From: Candidatus Latescibacterota bacterium
GTDB taxonomy: Bacteria > Latescibacterota > UBA2968 > UBA8231
Assembly: GCA_965261395.1 (NCBI GenBank)
Contig: OZ253462.1
Span: 4,000,001 to 4,064,000, forward strand
DNA: 64,000 bases
Reading direction: 5' to 3'
Shown here: piece by piece, positions 59,246-64,000 of the stretch
Numbering within the stretch: the first letter of the stretch is position 1
Layout: each line of letters starts with the position of its first letter
Position numbers and translations under genes: made by a program
Notes under the pieces: model-generated
The model's database searches: none
Told to the model about the DNA's origin: nothing
Seen by the model: only the letters and a program-made list of their open reading frames with translations

Positions 59246-59263
59246 GGCGCAGCTCACGGGCGC

Positions 59264-59351
59264 GGGGCAGCACACCGAGGAGGTCCTAAGCGGCGTCTTG
59301 GGGCTGACGGAAGGGGAGATAGAAGCGTTGCGGGCTGGGGGAGTAATATAG
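59264..59351 (+). pseudogene. 3' stub of a CoA transferase allele (repeat copy 2)
   Basis: Reads GQHTEEVLSGVLGLTEGEIEALRAGGVI*. Confidence 0.9.
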
Positions 59352-59373
59352 ATTGGGTTTCGGTGTGCTCGGC

Positions 59374-59778
59374 TTAGGCGCTCCAAAGCTCGGCTAAGGC
59401 TTTGAAGGCTTTGAAAGTGGATTCGGAGACGCCTTCGGTGTTTTCGGCTAAGGCTTCGGCACCTTCGGCGAAGCTTTCGAAGGCTTCGCCGATGTCTTCG
59501 GCGGATTTGGCTAAGGCGTCGAAGGCTTCGGCGACGTCCCCGCCGTATTCTTCACGGACGACTTCGGCGGTTTCGGCGACGCCTTCGACGTATTGGCGGG
59601 CACCTTTAGCGGCTTTCGCTAAGGCTTCGGCGTGTTGGCGGGCGTTTTCAGCTAAGGCTTCGACGCTTTCGTAGGTGGATTGAGCGATGGCTTCGGCTTC
59701 ACTGGCGGCTTCGGCGGCTTTTTCGCGGGCGTCGCCGGTGTCGAAAGCACGGGCTAAGCCCGTAAGAATGCGCTGCAT
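59374..59778 (-). CDS. Ala/Glu-rich helical hypothetical protein
   Basis: AAGGAG upstream; strongly periodic GCC GAA codons. Confidence 0.6.
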   Translation of the reverse strand: MQRILTGLARAFDTGDAREKAAEAASEAEAIAQSTYESVEALAENARQHAEALAKAAKGARQYVEGVAETAEVVREEYGGDVAEAFDALAKSAEDIGEAFESFAEGAEALAENTEGVSESTFKAFKALAELWSA

Positions 59779-59891
59779 ATCTCTCTAAATCTCCTTCTAG
59801 TGTGGGTGGGTCTCAAGGGCCGTATAGAGCTGCAGGCGTTCTCCACATTGAGTTTTCCGCCGAATCGTGCTCCTGACGAGCCGACCGTTCG

Positions 59892-59928
59892 GTTTCAATC
59901 CTCTGATAAGCGGGACTGAACTTTACAT
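59892..59928 (-). repeat. Solitary CRISPR-repeat-like sequence
   Basis: 37 nt ending GGATTGAAAC with a short TCCC/GGA stem; single copy only. Confidence 0.3.
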
Positions 59929-59991
59929 CGCAGCCTAATCCCGTCAACAACCACAGCACAACTGCTATAATTGTACTGTTCATGTCTATCC

Positions 59992-60894
59992 TTATGGGTT
60001 GGATTGATAAGGCGCACCTGGAAACTCAAAATCAAACTTCGGATCAGTATCTACAGCACTCGTAAGTTGCTGCATTATCCCAATAATCGTCTTTCTGTGA
60101 TCACTCAGCAGCTTAGAAGGCTCACCATATAACCGAGATCTCACCATCACCTTTTCCAGCCTCCACAAATCTTCTTTATAGACCCAAACTTCAAATCCCG
60201 CTGCCTTAATTTTAGAGTTAGGGTCATGCTTAATACGGGGCCCGTTATCGTCCATACAACGACGATCCTTGAAAGAAGGATATGGCACAAGATATGGTGC
60301 TATAAATGGAATAAAATTGTGCATATAGGTATGGCGATGTAAGTTCACAGCACTCAACGTCTCCGCCTGCCAGTGCATACTAGTATAAGCAGGCTGTATT
60401 AAACGTATGCTTTTCTTCTGGTCGCAAGTTAGACCATGAAGACACTTTCTAGATAGAAACCCCTCCTGCTCCTCCTGCAGGTGGTTCAAGCAGAGGCCGT
60501 GCTCGTATACGATCTCGCAGCAGCGATCTATTCGGCATTCGGCGGGTGGCGGCTGGTTAAGTCTATCAACTACAGGAAACTCTGACCTTCTATACGGGGT
60601 ATTCCCATTCGCATACGCTAAGAATCGAACCAGATAGTCCAATGCAGATCGCAACTCAGACATCCCCTGACCGAATTTTTTTCCGATAATCCACAAAGCC
60701 TTGTAATCATCCAAGCTACTGAAATCAGGATACCTGCTCTCGATCTCTCCAAGCGTAAGGTCGTTTACTTCATCTAAGATTTTAGTGGCCACCTCTTCAC
60801 TCAACGTACTTATCTCGTCAATAAGCAAGCTCACAGACTTTATTTGCACTTCTATACTTGCATACTGTCTTCTCATCTTAAACGCATTATCCAT
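59992..60894 (-). CDS. AT-rich hypothetical protein
   Basis: 300-aa ORF, RBS AAGGAAG, LRSALDY motif, Cys/His cluster. Confidence 0.65.
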   Translation of the reverse strand: MDNAFKMRRQYASIEVQIKSVSLLIDEISTLSEEVATKILDEVNDLTLGEIESRYPDFSSLDDYKALWIIGKKFGQGMSELRSALDYLVRFLAYANGNTPYRRSEFPVVDRLNQPPPAECRIDRCCEIVYEHGLCLNHLQEEQEGFLSRKCLHGLTCDQKKSIRLIQPAYTSMHWQAETLSAVNLHRHTYMHNFIPFIAPYLVPYPSFKDRRCMDDNGPRIKHDPNSKIKAAGFEVWVYKEDLWRLEKVMVRSRLYGEPSKLLSDHRKTIIGIMQQLTSAVDTDPKFDFEFPGAPYQSNP

Positions 60895-60956
60895 TGGCTT
60901 CTTCCTTTATCTATGGACACTCGCGGGGATCGGTAGCCCAGAGGTCTTACATAGCC

Positions 60957-61103
60957 AAGCAGTTTTTCAAATGGGGGCGGCGTACAGAAAGGATTTTCTT
61001 TAAGCAGGTCTAACAGTTTTTCCGCTCGGGGCCGCAAGCCCGCCGCTTGGAGCTTCTTGGCGTCTCTCTGCGCTTGCCGGGTAAAGACTAGCTTCCAACT
61101 CAC
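60957..61103 (-). pseudogene. 3'-truncated Txe/YoeB toxin
   Basis: GTG start, SWKLVFTRQAQRDAKKL...PPPFEKLLG; the SRRI...HRLVY half is missing. Confidence 0.8.
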
Positions 61104-61342
61104 CAGTCGAGTTCCTCGGCACACTCCTCTACAGGCGTTTTCAGGCCCTCGATGATAGATTCACGCATTTTAGGAATGGCGAGCAGGTGCAGCGTCTCCT
61201 GAATTGAACGCCACTCGTCCTCGGCAATGAGCACCGCTGACCCTCGCTTGCTATGAATGCGAATAGGTTCTCTGCCTTCGGCCACTTGCTCTAGGAGCTT
61301 GTAGAGCTCAGAACGTACCTTGGTTACGTTGATCGTCGTCAA
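61100..61342 (-). CDS. Phd/YefM antitoxin
   Basis: R..LY.L, AVLI...W.SIQETLHLL.IP.MRESI. Confidence 0.88.
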   Translation of the reverse strand: MTTINVTKVRSELYKLLEQVAEGREPIRIHSKRGSAVLIAEDEWRSIQETLHLLAIPKMRESIIEGLKTPVEECAEELDW

Positions 61343-61522
61343 AGCTATGACCTATCGGGGCAAAAATTTGGCCAGGATTCCGGCCATGAGGTGAAGAATC
61401 TCTTTCTGTACCAGTGGCAATCGCCTTATACAATAGTAGTAGTATCTTGGATAGGGTCGTCTTTAGCGTGCTAAATATCGACGAGATTACAAAACAGCGT
61501 CAAGCCTAAGCAAGAGGAGAAG

Positions 61523-61888
61523 ATGTCGGCGCTTACTACAATGCGTAAGGTGTGCGGAGCGATAGTCTGCGCCGTGTTAATCGGGGGCTGTGCGCTGATC
61601 GCCGCGCCGGCTATATCCCCGGAACCCTCACCCCAAGCCGCGCAGCTTTTGGCTGTCGGCGACTACGTGGAGGCGCACCTGATGCGCCGCTTTGCCGAGG
61701 GGTACTTGTTGGTGCGGTTGCCGGACCGGGCCGTCTGGTTGCTCGACCCTAAAGAACATTGCTCCTGGTGCTGGATCTACGTCGGTAAGACGGTATGGGT
61801 CAAGCTGGGCAAGCGCTCGGCCACGCTGCTCAACTCCAAGGGCGAGACAGCCGAGTGTTGGAACGGCGGGCAGATGAGCGAGTACTAA
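61523..61888 (+). CDS. Hypothetical exported/lipoprotein
   Basis: RBS GAGGAG, signal ending IGGC, CxxC. Confidence 0.65.
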   Translation: MSALTTMRKVCGAIVCAVLIGGCALIAAPAISPEPSPQAAQLLAVGDYVEAHLMRRFAEGYLLVRLPDRAVWLLDPKEHCSWCWIYVGKTVWVKLGKRSATLLNSKGETAECWNGGQMSEY

Positions 61889-63457
61889 TCAGGCCTTGAA
61901 CTTCAGGTAGCGGCCCGGCCAAGTCGGCCCCAAGTCTTCGACCGCGCCTCCGTTGCGGACGATGGGAACCCCGTTGACGAGAACGTGCTCAACGCCGACC
62001 GAGTACTGGTGGGGATCGGCGTAGGTGGCGCGATCCGCAACCGTCGCCGCATCAAAAACGACCAAGTCCGCGTAGAATCCCTCGGCGATTTGCCCCCGTT
62101 GCGTCAGTCCAAACCGCGATGCTGGGTGGGCGCTCAGCTTGTACACCGCGTCTTCGAGCGAGAAGAGCTGGTGGTTGCGCACGCAAGGCCCCAACAGGCG
62201 CGCGGCTGATCCGTATAAACGCGGGTGAACCGCGCCGTCGGGGAAGTAAATCCCATCGCTGCCCAGCATGTATTTGTCGTGCGCCAGGAAGGGATGCACC
62301 AAGGCGTCGTCGCCGTGGTGGAAGACGAGGAGCACCGCCAAGTTTTCCTCGATCAGCAGGTCGCAGAGCGCGTCGGCCGGGGATGCGTCGGCCTGTTGGA
62401 TGTATTCGTCTAAGGTGAGGCCGATAAAGCGGGCGTTGTCCCGCCCGGGCAGCCAGGCAATGGTCATCCGGTCGAGCGGGTTGACGTAGCGGTCGAGGGC
62501 GCGGGCGAAGCGACGGCGGATCGCGGGATCATTGAGTTTGGGCAAGGCACCCAACGGGCCGTCCTCCCACACCTCATAGGGCAACATGAAGTTGAGCATG
62601 GTCGAGCCGGGCAGATACGGGTACACATCGAAGCTGAAATCCACCTCATTGACCGCGACTTGATCCACGTACGACAGCAGTTCGTCGATTTGCTGGGGCG
62701 AGGTGCCCTTGAAGTGGGAAATGTGGACCGGGACGCCGGCACGCCGGCCGATTTCGACGGCCTCCTGCACCCCGGCGAGGGTGCCCTTTTTGTAGCGCAC
62801 GTGGGTTACGTAGAGGCCTTGTTGGGCGGCCATGGCGGTACAGGCTTCGACGAGTTCGTCGGTGGTGGCAAAGCATTCGGCGATGTAGTCGAGGCCAGTC
62901 GAAACGCCGACCGCGCCTTCGGCCATGCCGCGCGCGACCCCGGCGAGAATCTCTTCCATTTGCACGTCGTCGGGGACGCGGCGATCCCAGCCGCAGGCCA
63001 TGGCTCGCAGGTGGGCGTAGGGGAGGTGGGTGATGGTGTTTTGCGCGGTGCGGCCGTCGAGCAGCTGCATGTAATCGGCGAGGCTCTCCCAGCCTGAGTA
63101 GTGGCTTTGCATCAGGCCGTTGAGGGCGCGCATGTAGTAGAGCCAGTGGGCGCGGGTAGCAGCGTCAACCGGGGCGTAGGAGATGCCGTCGGCCATGAGG
63201 ACTTCGGTGGTAAAGCCCTGGAGGGTCTTGGGGAGGAAGTTGCGCTGCTGCAAGAGCCAGCCGTCGGAGTGATTGTGGACGTCGACAAAGCCCGGGGCGA
63301 CGATTTTGCCTTGGGCGTCGATGCTATGCTGTGATTCGGTGTTGCCGAGGTCGCCGATGGCCGCGATGCGGTCGGCGCGGAGGCCAATATCGGCGGAATA
63401 GCGGTCGGCGCGGGTGCCGTCGATGATGGTGCCGTTGCGAATGATCAGGTCGAACAA
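61889..63457 (-). CDS. N-acyl-D-amino-acid deacylase (D-aminoacylase)
   Basis: PGFVDVHNHSD, STGLDY, HISH, GSDG, HPR, ADLVVFD. Confidence 0.92.
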   Translation of the reverse strand: MFDLIIRNGTIIDGTRADRYSADIGLRADRIAAIGDLGNTESQHSIDAQGKIVAPGFVDVHNHSDGWLLQQRNFLPKTLQGFTTEVLMADGISYAPVDAATRAHWLYYMRALNGLMQSHYSGWESLADYMQLLDGRTAQNTITHLPYAHLRAMACGWDRRVPDDVQMEEILAGVARGMAEGAVGVSTGLDYIAECFATTDELVEACTAMAAQQGLYVTHVRYKKGTLAGVQEAVEIGRRAGVPVHISHFKGTSPQQIDELLSYVDQVAVNEVDFSFDVYPYLPGSTMLNFMLPYEVWEDGPLGALPKLNDPAIRRRFARALDRYVNPLDRMTIAWLPGRDNARFIGLTLDEYIQQADASPADALCDLLIEENLAVLLVFHHGDDALVHPFLAHDKYMLGSDGIYFPDGAVHPRLYGSAARLLGPCVRNHQLFSLEDAVYKLSAHPASRFGLTQRGQIAEGFYADLVVFDAATVADRATYADPHQYSVGVEHVLVNGVPIVRNGGAVEDLGPTWPGRYLKFKA

Positions 63458-63604
63458 GGTAAGTGTCTCCTGTGAGCCGCAGTGTGAAGAAAGGTGCCGG
63501 TCAATCTAGGCGGCTGGACGCGGCCTCGCAAGCGGCGCATCGCTGGACGGGCGCGGCCCTTTTTCGCATTTTATCGCGGCCCATTTCACCGAAAGGAATC
63601 CTTC

Positions 63605-64000
63605 ATGCGCATCATCGACCCTCATGTCCACGTATGGATTAACGATCCGGCCTTTCCTTGGCCAGCGGAAAACCCCAACCCGCCTGCCGAAGACCATACG
63701 GCGGAAGATCTACTGGCGCTGATGGACGCCAACGGCGTGGAAAAAACCGTGCTGGTGCAGGTCATCCACTACCGCTGGGACAACAGCTACGTCGCCCACG
63801 TCATCAAGCAATATCCCGACCGCTTCATGGCCGTGGGACGGATCAATCCCGAAGATCCGGCCTCGCCCGACCACATGTCGATGTGGACCGAGGAACACGG
63901 CCTGCACGGGATGCGGCTTTCGCCATCGCAGGATGCGGCGGGCGATTGGTTCAAGGGGCCGGGGATGGACCCGATTTTCGCCCGCGCCCAAGATTTGGGG
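63605..64000 (+). CDS. Amidohydrolase_2 family protein, runs off window
   Basis: MRIIDPHVHVW, VLVQ, DNSY; RBS AAGGA. Confidence 0.85.
   Translation, partial: MRIIDPHVHVWINDPAFPWPAENPNPPAEDHTAEDLLALMDANGVEKTVLVQVIHYRWDNSYVAHVIKQYPDRFMAVGRINPEDPASPDHMSMWTEEHGLHGMRLSPSQDAAGDWFKGPGMDPIFARAQDLG

Noticed and set aside
9199-63991. Many overlapping ORFs in the track (e.g. 34220-35149, 41064-41981, 47370-48389, 53649-54446, 63710-63991)
   Set aside because: Shadow frames of GC-rich genes with no recognisable motifs

Overview
Bacterial chromosomal window, mostly GC-rich catabolic genes (four mandelate racemase/enolase-family genes, Gfo/Idh/MocA oxidoreductases, ceramidase-like proteins, FGGY and GHMP kinases, a TonB receptor, an SSS symporter). 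These are interrupted by five AT-richer accessory blocks. (1) 1-9.25 kb: the end of a type 3 BREX locus (helicase-nuclease cargo, pglZ, brxA), then a second, collapsed BREX-3 copy that keeps only gene stubs (brxF 5', pglXI 3', pglZ 5') around an intact PHP-ATPase + AlbA_2 cargo. (2) 11.6-14.9 kb: an LRR/M8-peptidase lipoprotein and an Rpn-like nuclease, bracketed by diverged copies of a neighbouring gene's 3' end. (3) 19.7-22.9 kb: ABC ATPase + DUF4276 + PD-(D/E)XK protein. (4) 36-41 kb: a bacterial ubiquitination-like (Bub-type) operon (YjzC-like, multi-Ubl, Cys-free E2, JAB-E1 fusion) divergent from an XRE/ImmA-type switch with a palindromic operator, then Uma2 and a DUF4160/DUF2442 pair. 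(5) 54.7-61.5 kb: two stacked cassettes (Uma2/dprA/recQ, and hypotheticals/TA remnant) separated by diverged copies of both flanks. The recurring signal is integrase-free stacking of alternative alleles at hotspots. I saw no rRNA, tRNA, integrase or CRISPR array. The gene content resembles sponge-associated Latescibacterota/Poribacteria-like genomes (inference only). All family calls come from motif recognition by eye; no database search was run.
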